Below, piece by piece: positions 32,812 through 45,309 of a stretch of DNA of 64,000 bases (position 1 is its first letter; each line of letters opens with the position of its first letter). The notes beneath the pieces were generated by a model. The model did no database searches, was not told the DNA's origin, and saw only the letters and a program-made list of their open reading frames with translations. The stretch covers positions 124,001 to 188,000 of the forward strand of contig JADIIX010000021.1 in assembly GCA_027604505.1 (NCBI GenBank). The letters run 5' to 3'. The position numbers and the translations under genes are program-made. The DNA comes from Gonapodya sp. JEL0774 (taxonomy: Eukaryota).

Positions 32812-35800
32812 CTATCTGGGCTGCTCCTTGTAGTCCAAACCAGAGAAGAATTTGTGCTTTGTCACTTCTCCCGTCGTTGGCCGTTTTGATGGATCTCGCA
32901 AAAGCATCAAATTCAATAGCTCAAAAGCCGAATCAGAAACGGCATAGGGATATCGTATCTCCTTTGCCGTGATCTCAGCAACATCCCGAAACGGATTCTC
33001 TGAAAACAAAAGAATGTAAAACAGGATTCCTAAAGCCCACACATCCTGCTCAGGACCTCGGTAGGAGTTGCCTTCGAGGACTGAAGACCCATTGTAAGTA
33101 TTGGTGGAGGTAGTGGGGGTATCTCGCAAGATCCACTTATTTCACGTACCTTCAGGAGCAGCATAATCGAGCGTTCCACAAAAGGTTTTGAACACCACCC
33201 CGGGCTTGTAAAATGCAGCAGAGCCAAAGTCGACGATTGTTACATCCAAGCTGTCCGAGATAATTACATTCTCATCCTTAGAGGGAGGGTACCATTCAGT
33301 TCGCGCACTACCAACTCCACATTGACGGCTGAAACAAGGAAATTTCTAACCCACCTTTATGTCTCTATGCACGATCCCATTGGCGTGCAAGTACGCGACA
33401 CCATCGACCACCTGCTTGAAAATATGCTGCACAATCTCTTCCGGTATGCGATTGCTTCCCTTTCCGAGATACATCTCCACATAGTCAAAAAGGTCTGCCG
33501 ACCCCAAACACGGCATAACGACGTAGAAATATTGATCGTCCGAAAAAAAGTCCACGAGGTGTGCAACGTATGGCGATCGCCGAGGATCTTGACGGATCTT
33601 GTGCAAGACCAGAATCTCTGTTGGAACCATTCCCAGATCGGGGTCACTCGAGTAACGTGAGAGCGCAATCGAAGACCGCAGACAGTGCTTTATTACGTAG
33701 GGTGTCCGCGTTGGATCTCCTTTGAGGTACGCCTTCCTCACAAATCCGAAAGCTCCAGGAGATCCCAAACGTTCCCCAACAACGTACTTGGCCAATCCAA
33801 TTCGAGCGTGTTTGAGGGTTGGTGCAAGAGGAGCGATCGATGCAGTTTCCAAGCCCAAGTTGGATGCAGTGGGAGTCACTGTTTCGGTGTGAGATGCGAG
33901 ACTACGCTCCGAATTGAAACCTTGCACAGTGTTCATCTCCGATTCAATTGTCAACTCAGACCCGTGTTGACGTATCCCTTTGTCAGACGCCACATTCACA
34001 TCATCAATTACTCCATCAGCTCTTCCCTCTACACCCTCCAATCCTCTGTTAAGTGATTCCTCACCCAGTTTCATTCTGGTAGCAGAGACACTAGCTACCT
34101 CGCGGAGCTTGACCATAGCCACATGCCCCAGATTGCTTTTCATTAGTACCGCGGACCGAGCAGGGTGGTGAGCAGTCGAATTGGACAGAACAGAGCCTCC
34201 TATGGCTCCAGGTGCGTGATCAGATACGGCAAGCGGCGAGCGAAGACTTGAAACGTTGAAGGTGCTCCAAGATGACGTCGGGGCGACACCCTTGTGTAGA
34301 TTCCTCCGCCGATATGTTATCCACAGCGCCCACAAGTCGCCCCTGGCTTCCCTCACTCTCCTGACCCGCACGTCCACCAGAATCTTGGTTCCGTCTCTAT
34401 GCACGGCTTCCACCCTCTTGGTGTCCCCGTCCGGAATTTGCACGATTTCCCTGAAGGAGGGAAACAACCGCTCGACTGCGACTGTGCCTAAAGACTCCAC
34501 GTGGGCGCGAGAGAGACCAAGCATATACTTGGCAATGCTACGATTGAGGCTGGCTATGCTGCCAAGTGTCATCATCGGGGCCGGAGCGGAGCTGGTCGGA
34601 GCTTGTGCGGCGACAGTACTGATGTCAGTCCTTTCGTTCGAATCTTCAGGGTCGAACGGCCGGACGGATACCAATCCCGCAACGTATGGCATTGCGTGCA
34701 TCCTGAGCTCCACGACATCCTCCTCTTCCTCCCTCGTCCCACGACGACCGAGTTGTCTTTCTCCCTCTTCCACGACTCTCACAACACAAGGAAACGCCTC
34801 ACCTGAAGCATCAAGCCCACAAAAAAACTTATCGCGACGAATTACGGCGGGATCCAGCGAGGGCGCAACAGCAGATGGAGTCGCAGAGGAGCTGGCGAGC
34901 GCGGGCACGAGAGACCACAAGGTTCGGCCGATGAGGTCAGAAGAGGGGACGCCGAAAAACGCAAGAGAGGAGAGAGAAGAGGATGTGATGACACCCTAGG
35001 AACGACGAAGACCAGATAAATTAGATGTAGATATGGAGAAAGAAACGCCAAAGGGGTCTCCCCCGCGCTCACATCTCTCCGAACCGCGATCACACAATCC
35101 ACTTCCTCCACCGGTTGAAACATCCAGACGTAAACTCTCTGTCGGTCCTCCTTCACTTGGTTTTCAAGATCTTGTGGCGTGTCCGTCTCGGTCATAACCA
35201 GAGGGTCCACAGCGCCCCCCAGCGGGGCCGCTCTGACCCACTTTTCCTTGAGCCACAAGCTCGCTGGCGCAGAGGACCCGTCCGCGCGATGAATCCTCAC
35301 GACCTTGCCGTTCACCAAGACCTCGTCGTCTTGACCGTCCTTTCCCACCCTTGCTCTGACGACGCGCTCGGCCCGGTCCCCGTACCCGGTCCAAAAGCAC
35401 CTGTACACGCTCATGCCGAGCACTTCTTCGGGCTCGTACCCGAATAAGGACAGGAATGCCGGTGGTTGGGCGACCGTCAGGATCGTTCCTGACGAGGTGG
35501 TGGTGAGGAAAGTGGACGTGGTGGTCGCAATGAGAGTGGGTGTGTGAAGAGGTTTCGACGTGGAGGGAGAGAGAGGAGATGAAGATGACGACGGGGAAAA
35601 CGCCGCACGGTCCGAAATGAAGGCTTGTGCACCGTCCGTAGCGATACTGCCCAAGGTGTGGGAAGAAGCCGGAGTTATACCGGAGCCAGAGCCAGAGCAG
35701 TCGAGGGGAGCCTGTTGGGAGCTCACCGTCGACTCTTTTCTGTGTGGCCGTGGCGGGGAGGCGTTGAGCGCGGATTCTGTGGGCACGTCGGGCGTGCTCC

Positions 35801-37289
35801 AGACTCTGCTCGAGTCATTCAACGCGATGAAGGAGGAACCAGAGGGGAACGAAGTGGAGGATGTGATGGAGGATGGGGAGGTGAGATCCAAGGGGGACGT
35901 GCTTTGGCGGTGTTGGTTGTCGTTTGATGGGTCGGTCAGGGTTTCGCTAGCTTGGGAAAGGTTGCGGAGAGCAGCGAGCGGGGGTGGGGTGGGAAGAACG
36001 AACGATGTTGGAGACACTGCGGGGTCCGCGGAGGCCTGGAGTGGCCCCGAACCAGCACCAGGTCGCTGTGGAAGGTCAGCTCGTTGGGCAGCCACCAGGC
36101 CCACGCTACCGACACTGTCACCCGCACGGTCTCTCTTGAGGGCGGATACTCCAGCGATCCCATTGACAGATCTGGCGAGGAGCACCCTCCCTGAGCTGGC
36201 CCAAAGCCTCTCGCCGATGTCTGCCCTGAGCGGGGACATGGGAGAGGCTTTGGAACGTTTGGCTGGAGCGAAATCCGAAGGAGAGTATGAGAAGGAGAGA
36301 GGGGAGTCGGTGGAGAAGGTAGAGAGGGAGGATGGAGGCGACGACGATGGTGTCGAGGGGGATTCGAAGAGGGGTGAGTTTGATTGATGCGAGGTTCCTC
36401 CGGCAACGAGACGCTCTATGGCAGCGCTCGAAGAAAGGTCAGGGATCGCGTGGGATGTACTGAGACGGCCGGGAAGTGGGAATCGCGCCACCTGCCGCGG
36501 CCGCTGAGGCTGATGGGTGGTGTGCATTTGGATGTGTGGGTCGTTCCGTTCGTGCACAGGAACGAGGGCCGCCGCCGACGGATTATTATCCGACGAGTCA
36601 CGTTGTGGTAACAGCGGCATGCCAGCTGCCGATGCGAACAAGCGGCGAGGCAGGCTGGCCGATCTGACTGGAGGGCGGGGTCCGCTCGCTGCGAGGCCGC
36701 GCAACATACTACCTCCCCGGCAGCCGCTGGGCCCCGCACCGTTGGGACTGTCGTCGTCGCTGCCACCACAACCATAAAATGCGTCACCACGATAATGACT
36801 GCTATCCTCGTCGCCATCGTGGTCACCCTCCTCACGAATGAACGGTAGGGCGGACATGATCAACGGGTTGAAGGAGTCGAGCGATTCGAATCGCAGGTTT
36901 GCAACAGTGCCAGCTCTGGTGCCGGTGGGTCCGCAGTCATCTGCTGTCGCCCTCGTTCGACTCGAGTTGTCACAAGGGGCGGTGTAAATACACGATGGGT
37001 CACGAGTGTCGGCATGGTGTGTGTCGTCGGCTCTGGAGACGTCCCTCATTCCTCCTCCGCATTCCCCCAAGCCCCCAGACCAAGCGTCCAGACCGTCAAG
37101 ACCAAGACCAGCAAACGCACGGCGTTGCCGAGTGGGATCCGCCCATGTCTCCGACTTTAAAAAAGCGATTTCAAGCTGGTCGTCGCTGGCTGCACTGAGA
37201 CTCTGCGGGAGGGCGGGCAGAAACGAGTCCACGGACTTCGCCAACACTGGCGTCGCCGTCGCAGCGTTGTTGGACGATTGGCGATTCAT
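32812..37289 (-). CDS. PAS-domain serine/threonine kinase (PSK/PASK family)
   Basis: PAS-like segments LFGYEPEEVLGMSV...RIHRADGS and AVHRDGTKILVDV. Kinase motifs GAFGFV, HRDIK|DENVII, VDFGSA, FCGTLDYAAPE|VLEGNSYRGPEQDVWALGILFYILLFSENPF. Confidence 0.9.
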
Positions 37290-38018
37290 TCTCAAATAGG
37301 CCGATTCTGCGGGTTCCCGCAGGCTGTCAAATTCTGATCGCTGTCCGGGAATTTTCTATGCATTTTAAACTTGTTGCCCAAGGCTCCAAGGGAACAAACA
37401 GATCAGCGAAGACACCAGAACAAGCACTAAATTCACCTGAAGTTTCCACCAAAATGCCACGCCTGGATTAACAGCAATTATAAGAGTCCGATTTAAATCA
37501 CTTCTTTGCAAGAGTCTTGAGAACCGTAACTTTTATGCCGTCCTAGGAAAGTGGTGTCCACCCAACGCCGAGTCTGGTTCGGCACACCCCGTCCTACCTT
37601 CTTTCTCTCTCTCTTAGATGATGAGACAGAAGCTCAAATTTTGACATTGACGTTCCACTTGCGCACGAGCGAGGCGCTGGCAATATTACAGTAAAAGCAA
37701 ACAACTGGGACTCTTCGCTTTAACCAGTAACGGGGCAATCTCGCCAGAAAAATATGACAAAGGAAAGAGGCCATGTATAAAGGCAACAGTTGCAGCTTTC
37801 AACCCCAAGTAAATTATTCCAGGGGAGCGCCATGACCATTGACCCGGTTGTTGTGCTGTTATTCACAAATGGGGTACGCAGAATCACAGATTTTCGCATT
37901 GAACGTTTGCAAGAGAGAATTTACAACGCGATCGCAACTCAAATTCGAGCCGAAAGCGAAATCCAAATAATCTTGACCGTCCGTCGCCGTTGGAGCTGTC
38001 CCCCGACTCGATTCATCA

Positions 38019-41000
38019 ATGCTCCCCTCTGCCGCCGCCGCACGCAACAACGGCCCCACGACCAACGGGAACGCCCCCGCCCCCGCCACCACCGTGACGA
38101 CGCTCGCGGCTACGGCTTCCACGCTGCCGCCGCTTCCGTCGCCACGCACATCGCTCAAGCCACTCGCTCAGCCTCAGCCTCTGTTCGCGTTCCCGGCCCC
38201 GTCCATCCCGCCCCCATCACTGCTCGTCGCCTCGCCTAGCTCACACCGCCTGAATCCTACGGAACCCATTGATGAGGATGATATCGATTACCTGAGATTG
38301 GTCCTCACGGCCCGCGTGTACGACGTGTGCATTGAATCGCCCCTCCAACACGCACCTCGACTCTCTACTCGCTTTGGAAACAAGCTGTTTCTCAAACGAG
38401 AAGATCTCCAACCCGTATTCTCCTTCAAATGTCGTGGTGCTTACAACAAAATCGCAAATCTCAGTCAAGAGGAGCGTGACAAGGGCATCGTCACAATGAG
38501 CGCAGGTGAGACCTCTTCTCTCATAATGTGACTGACAAAAACGGGCAACGTGCAACGGCAAAATGAAATATATATACGGACGGACGTCGTGCGATACCTC
38601 AAATCGAGCTACGGAGTCGTCACGGACCCATTCTCAGCATCACCCTTCACCAGTCTCGCTCGAACAGTCCAAAGAAAACCATGTGTACTCTAGCATTGCA
38701 AAGCCACCTCCTGCTTTCTCTCAATCATATCATTCTCTCCCTCCCGACTCCTTATCCCTGATGCCCCAATTCTTGTTGACCATTCGGACCACGCCCACCC
38801 CCCTCCCGCCCAGGCAACCACGCCCAAGGCTGCGCCCTCGCCGCACAAAAACTGGGAATAAAGGCGACCATCGTCATGCCCACTTTCGCTCCGGTGAGTG
38901 TCGCGTGTGTCGGTGCCGCCCGGTGGATTTTGGCGGATCTCGCGAAAATGGTGCGGTCGGTGTGCAGACCACCTGTGTGGTCATTATGGGAATGCAAGAA
39001 CACGGCGTTCCCTGATGTACTCACCCATCTGACCCACCGGAAGAGGGATGCACCCTGGACCGCACCCATCCCTCTACCCCCGACCATACCCCATTTTCCA
39101 TCCCTTCGTCGTTACCCGTGCTCCCGTTGACTCCTGCCACCCGCCGCCCTCCCCCACCTCTATTCCCACCCCACCCATAGAACATCAAAGTGTCCGCCGT
39201 CCGCGCGTTCGGCGCCAACGTGGTCCTACACGGGGACGATTTCGACGGCGCAAAGGCCGAGGCGATGCGCTTGAGGGACGAACAGGGGTTGACTTTCGTG
39301 CCGCCTTTTGACGATCCGTGAGTTGTGGGAGGGAGGAAGGAAAGGAGCAGAAGGATTCCGGGGTGGGGTGATTTCGGGAGCTGGGTTGATGACACAGATG
39401 GCATAGGGGTGGTCAAGATAAGAGCGTGGCCAGGGAGGAACGAATCGGCAAATCGTAAAAATCGTGGACCAATTCTAAGCCGTGTTTGTCTCAGTGGAGG
39501 GAGGTGATCGGCAGGGCTCTCTACGCCCTTGTGCTGAGGATATGAGAAGAACCTCATATCTCGAGAAGACAGACACTCTGCTGCAATGCCCTTAACAGGG
39601 GGCGCTCGCTCAGTTGTGACATTCTCATCTTCTCAACATTCACAAACAATCGACGCGCTTCCGGACCGCTGGGTCCCACCCCCATCGCTTCCATACAATC
39701 CGACCACGGCAGCTACGTCATCGCCGGGCAAGGCACAGTGGGCATGGAAATCCTTAAGCAACTCAAGCAAGACCGCTTGGACGCGGTATTTGTTTCGGTC
39801 GGCGGAGGAGGTTTGATCTCCGGAGTTGCGGCGTAGGTAGCGGTTTTTGTCCCTAAGTTGCCATCATCCTCAAATTTTCTCTGATTCAAAACGACGCTAG
39901 TTACATCAAACGTGTACGGCCGGAAGTGCGCATCATTGGTGTCAACGCCAACACCTCCACGGCCATGATGCAGTCCCTTCAACAACACAAACCCGTGCTT
40001 CTACAAACCTGCGGACTGTTTTCCGATGGGACAGCAGTGAGACTCGTCGGGAACGAGACGCTCAGGCTGTGCGAGAAGGTCGGTTGTGGAGAAACGAACA
40101 GTTGCGTCTTCATTAACCGAACGACGGCGCTCTAACTCGCCATCTTGATCCTCAGTACGTAGGTGGGTTGTGTGGCCGGGCATAGCACACTACATCGTTT
40201 ATGTGTTTGCCTTATCGACCGACGTGAACCCATACTCAGACGATTTTGTCACTGTGGATAACGACGAGATATGTGCGGCGATCAAGGACGTGTTTGAGGA
40301 CACCAGGGGTGTCGTAGAGCCAAGCGGAGCACTGGGCGTCGCTGGGTGGAAGAAATATGTGCAAGGCAACCCTCAGAGTACGTTTGTTCGGCCATCCGAC
40401 GGCATTGTCCTCACCCCAATGTTGCGAATGACCTCGGCCATTTGCTTTCTCATTGAATCTCAACAGTCAAAGACGGAGTGTTTGTGGCCATTCTCTCAGG
40501 CGCAAATGTCAATTTCGACCGACTCAAGTACATCGCAGATCGCGCCAACTTGGGACAGGGCAACGAGGCACTCCTTGGAGTGAAAATTCCGGAGTACAGA
40601 GGAACGTGAGTTCTCGATCGATACATTGAAGACCCAGTGTCTTTTTTTCGACTTTGCTCCGTCCAACCCAATATAAAACGCTCATTGCATCCCTTCCCTC
40701 AGCGTCCTGGAGCTCTACAAGGCAATTGTCCCACATGCGGTGACAGAGATCACATACCGAAAGGAGTCAGAGAACGCGACAGTCTGCGTGAGTCGGGCGT
40801 GTCTCCATCTCTCACAGGGTTATGAGGGATCGCCCACTGAATGATTTAACTATCGGACTGTTGATTTCTGCAGACGGCTTTTATGGCTTTTCAAGTGACA
40901 CCGAGCTCAGGTAGGAGGTGCCTTGCATTTTTTATCGAATCTATTGTCGATACATCTGTCCGTTAATGGTACTTGTATCCAATTCAAAGAGAAACCTAAT

Positions 41001-41544
41001 CCTGAAATCGCCCAGGTCATGAACGCCATTCGCGCCACCAAACTCTGTTACGAGCTGGTAGATTTGACCGATAATGACGTGGGTTGTGTTATTTTACGTT
41101 TGCGAGCTTGAACGATTGTTGCCGACGCATTTTTCGTTCACACAGTTTGCAAAAGACCACCTGCGTGTATTCGGTGGCCATCGTCAAGCAGGCCACCATA
41201 ACGAGCGTGTCTTGCGCATTCGGTTTGCCGAACGGCCTGGTGGCCTCTTTGAGCTTATGGGTGCTGTTTTCAATCGTTTCGAGATCACAATGTTGCAGTA
41301 CCGCAACACGGGGGGAGATACCGGGAGGTTGCTGGTAGCCTTTGAGGTCTCACAAACGGAAGAGGATGAGATGAAGTGGAAAATATTCTTAGAAGAGCTG
41401 GCAGGGAGGTGTTATGACTGTCGGTGTTCTGTGTCCCATCCTTTGGTGTGAAGAACTGGGACTGACCCTTTATCTGTTCACGTTGTTTTTCCAGGGGCAG
41501 ACGAGACACAAAACGTGGCCTTCAAAACTTTCTTCAAATCTTGA
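38019..41544 (+). CDS. ILV1: Biosynthetic threonine dehydratase
   Basis: [74 protein letters not shown], plus C-terminal regulatory domains ([15 protein letters not shown]). Confidence 0.95.
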
Positions 41545-41784
41545 GCAATCTGCAACCGGGGAAATTTGGAACTCGCAAGGCGAGGGAAGGAATGGGGAAG
41601 ACCCAGTCATGATGAGGTTGCGCCGAATGAACCGACCTACCACCACCAATTTCTTTCCGGATTATGTAGCGACTAGTGAATTCTCCAGCCATAAAAGCAT
41701 TATGTATTGTGAAGAAGGTTACGTTGCTGCCCACAGAGTCGACTATTAAAATTGTATTTATTCGCCGAACTACAGTCGGCATCG

Positions 41785-43079
41785 ATGTCCGCAACCACCG
41801 AATCCGTCCGAGCAAATCGCCCGGCGCCACCTCGTCCTCGTCGAAAGCCATCGATCTTGGTGGTGCGTGCCTCGTACGATTATACGGCACGTTCGGACGC
41901 CGAACTATCCTTCAGCGAGGGGGACACGCTCTAGTACGTACAACAGATGATTCAATGCTTCAAACTAGAAGCACCTGGTCAGCGTTCATCTGGAGATTGT
42001 GGAATCGGCGATGGCTGTTTGATGGCTTAATGATGTTTCGGGCGTGATGTGATGTTACGGTGCATGTAACTGATCCAACACCTGGCATTTAGCATTGTCG
42101 AAAAGGAAGGCGAGTGGTGGAAGGCTCGAAAGGATGGGGAGGAGGGTTTCGTTCCGGCATCATATGGTGAGTCCTGGTGCTGGGTTTCAAATTGGTATTT
42201 CTAGTACTTCGTTCACTCCATTTCGCCCTCTTTCCATCTCTTTCTGGCCCGTTATCCTCTGGATTCCATTCATACGGTGAATTTGTCTCTGCTCGCTCTT
42301 ACAGTTGCCGCCAACACCTCGCCAATCAATCACCCTGTCCATGACGCATGTAAACGCGGCAACACCGGGTTCCTGAGGGAGCTGCTCGCCCAAGGCGCAT
42401 CCGTGAATGAACTTGACTTTGCTTCGAATGTGCCGCTTCACTGGGCGTGTCGTTCGGGAAAAGATGACTGTGTCAAAATGCTGCTCGAAAAGAATCCGGT
42501 TGTGGATCAGGCGGTAAGTTTATTGATAACTTATTGCAGCTTGGAACGTTTGCGTCTATTTTGGGTCGCGCTGGGTCTGTTTGCCTTTGATGGGAGTCTG
42601 ACAACTCCTCAAGCCGCACACTTTGAACCACCCTTGTGGTACACGAGGTTGCCGGAAACCACACAAACACGAGAGAGAATATTGTTAGCTGAAAATTGCT
42701 CACCGGAAAGCGGATACTTGGGCTCATGGTTGACGTCAACGCTTCACTAGAATCTTCTCATACCTGACTCAATTCCCTCACCGCGTAGAACAACATCGGA
42801 GACACTCCCCTCCACTCTGCATCATGGGGTAGTCACGCCAACTGTGCCGACCTCCTCCTGTCACATGCACACGCCAATCACAGCCCTTCGTTCGTCTTGC
42901 AAATGCTCATGGCCCGTAACCGTGCTGGAGAGACTCCATCAGATGTTGCCCGAGGTGTAGATGTGAAGGCTGTGCTGCAAAGGTGGGAGAGGATCTCCGC
43001 GCAGGAATCTGGTGGAAGTGGCGTTTCTGCGAGCTTTGAAGCACTCGCAGGTGCAAGTGAGGATGAAGGAGATGATTAG
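41785..43079 (+). CDS. OSTF1: OSTF1-like Pro-rich + SH3 + ankyrin-repeat protein
   Basis: RPAPPRP, then SH3 VVRASYDYTARSDAELSFSEGD...EWWKA...GFVPASY, then ankyrins PVHDACKRGN, PLHWACRSG, GDTPLHSASWG, and an acidic tail EDEGDD. Confidence 0.85.
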
Positions 43080-43236
43080 AATATCGCCTTTCCGAGTATT
43101 GGACTACACACGCTGTGACTCGAAAGTCATTTTATTGATTAATTTATCAAACCTCCTGTCTCCTGTGATCCCTTATTCATCTGCTGCCCCAACCCAATCA
43201 AAACATTGGGAACAAAAACCACCGTACCAATCGCAG

Positions 43237-43755
43237 ATGCGGAGTCTAGTCGTGCTTGCTATCTTCACCGTCATTTTACTCGCGGTCCCCCAGCCGATCG
43301 TCGCCGATGATGATGGAAGGGAGAGGCATCGACATGTCTTGGAACATTTACCACAGGGGAAAGACAAGTTCAAGTTCTCGGCCAATGAAGAGATTTATGT
43401 CATGTTCCTACTCCATGATATTGATCGTGATGGAAAACTCGACGGAATTGAACTTAGAGCAATGATAACGGTGACATAGACGATCTCTCCATCCGTTCCT
43501 CTCCCTTCTCATTGATTGTTACGATAGGACTCGTTGTCTCACGACGCCAAGGTGCCAATAATGAATCTTGAGGAGGCTGACTACTTGGTGGAAAAAATGC
43601 TCGATGCGGACGACTCCGATGGCGAGTGAGTTCCTTTTCCTCTCCCCTTTCTTCCTTCTCTCACAATCCCCCTGTCTCCTTTATTGCAATGGTGAAGTGG
43701 CAAGATATCCTGGCCGGAGTACTTGCAATCGACAAAAGCAAAACAGCCGGCGTGA
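43237..43755 (+). CDS. MCFD2/Ssp120-like secreted two-EF-hand protein
   Basis: Signal peptide MRSLVVLAIFTVILLAVP; FLLHDIDRDGKLDGIEL; second EF-hand DDSDGD|GKISWPEYL; three exons. Confidence 0.85.
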
Positions 43756-43855
43756 TATTCGATTGTCGCATCATCGCGATTCAAGAAAATGGTACATATC
43801 TCAAAGTTGTTTACATCTCCACAGTGTAAGAAGTAAATATAAACAACAAGAAACA

Positions 43856-45110
43856 TCATGAGAGCCGTTCCCGCGATTTCAACCTGTTCACTTGGTATTC
43901 AGGTCTCCACTTCCGTCCAAGAAAATCTCCATAGTATGTACCGTGTAATATATCAAGAAAGGGAAACGGGAACGCGTAGTTGACATTCACAAGCTCGTGG
44001 TGTGAGTCGTGATCCCGCGTGTTGTAAATACCAAGTGCAGACCATCGGATACCGCTATGGTCCATGATACCGGTGACCCCACACACTGCCATGTACCCAA
44101 GCCACACCCATAGAGTGAGGCCACCAGGGTAGAAGAATTGCACCAAGTGTGATGAAACCTCGGAAGCATCCTTGCCATACTCGAAGTTTAGGCGCAGAGG
44201 GAACATTCCACCATTGACAACATGCTCCAAGGTGAGTGCAAAACGGGGAAGGCAAATTTGCGAAGGGCCAAAGAGTATGAAGTAGTATCCAACTACATCG
44301 GATGGAGATAATTCGAAAATCTGTGGTCCAATATTGATATCATCTTCATTAACTTACATGCCTCAATTGGATGGATCATCATATCGTCGAACACTTCCGG
44401 GGAAACGTAATAATGGTGGTAGCGATGAAGCTTGTCATACAGCCATGGGAGATGCTGCAAGGGAATTTGTCATTCAAAAACTCACCCCTTAAAGTACGGG
44501 TATCTTACCATGAGACGGTGCCAGTAGTACTCTAAAACACCCTGGAAACAGTGTGCAAATATTGTACCCAACACCGCGTGCGAGAGATTGAATGAAGGAA
44601 AGCGCGCATTGCTCGGAAGAACGACGCAGGTGGTCTCTTCTGGTTGTGTCAGGATCAATTGCGTGGACTGATTGTTGCGGAATGCGGACACCTTTGTTGT
44701 TCGTTGAACACCAAGGTAAGTTAGTACCAAATATTATTCCAGATGTTGTTGCACGGCGGGCATCCCAACTCACCATTCTTCAACAAGCACTGGCACCGCT
44801 CAACAACAACCAAACTCACCATTCCCGCAAAAACAGAACTCATCAGAAGGTTGAATGTGCCTATGAGCCATAAAAACTTGTGTCTCCTTGCCTTCCTATT
44901 GTTTAGTATCGGAAGCCACCACTTGATCGCCTCGCTGCCAGTATTGATGAATCTATTCTTCGGTACAGTTTGTACTTTCCAGCATGTCACAGAGTCCCCC
45001 TGTAAGTAGTAAAACCAATATTGAAGGCATGTTGTGAGCAGAAGATAACCGACGAGTATCGAGATGGATGTTATGATGGCTGCCGGTTCCACATTGTAGA
45101 CAGATGCCAT
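43856..45110 (-). CDS. Fatty acid hydroxylase / sterol desaturase superfamily enzyme
   Basis: His boxes YYWHRLM|H, LHRYHH, IMDHSG and HDSHH, followed by NYAFPFPFLDILHGT; multiple TM segments. Confidence 0.88.
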
Positions 45111-45309
45111 TTAGTGGGTCTCCAAGCAGCTCCGAAATAAGTGTGTCTCCAAGAAGTTCCGAATGTGTCCCGTTCTAGGTGGAAACCTGAGGCCTTCGAT
45201 GATTTGATTATATTACATATAACGAAGTCCACAATGATACCTTTCACTTTCAATTTCTTTCCTTTTTACAACGATGGCGATGTAGAAGCGTCAAGATGTT
45301 ATGTACATG

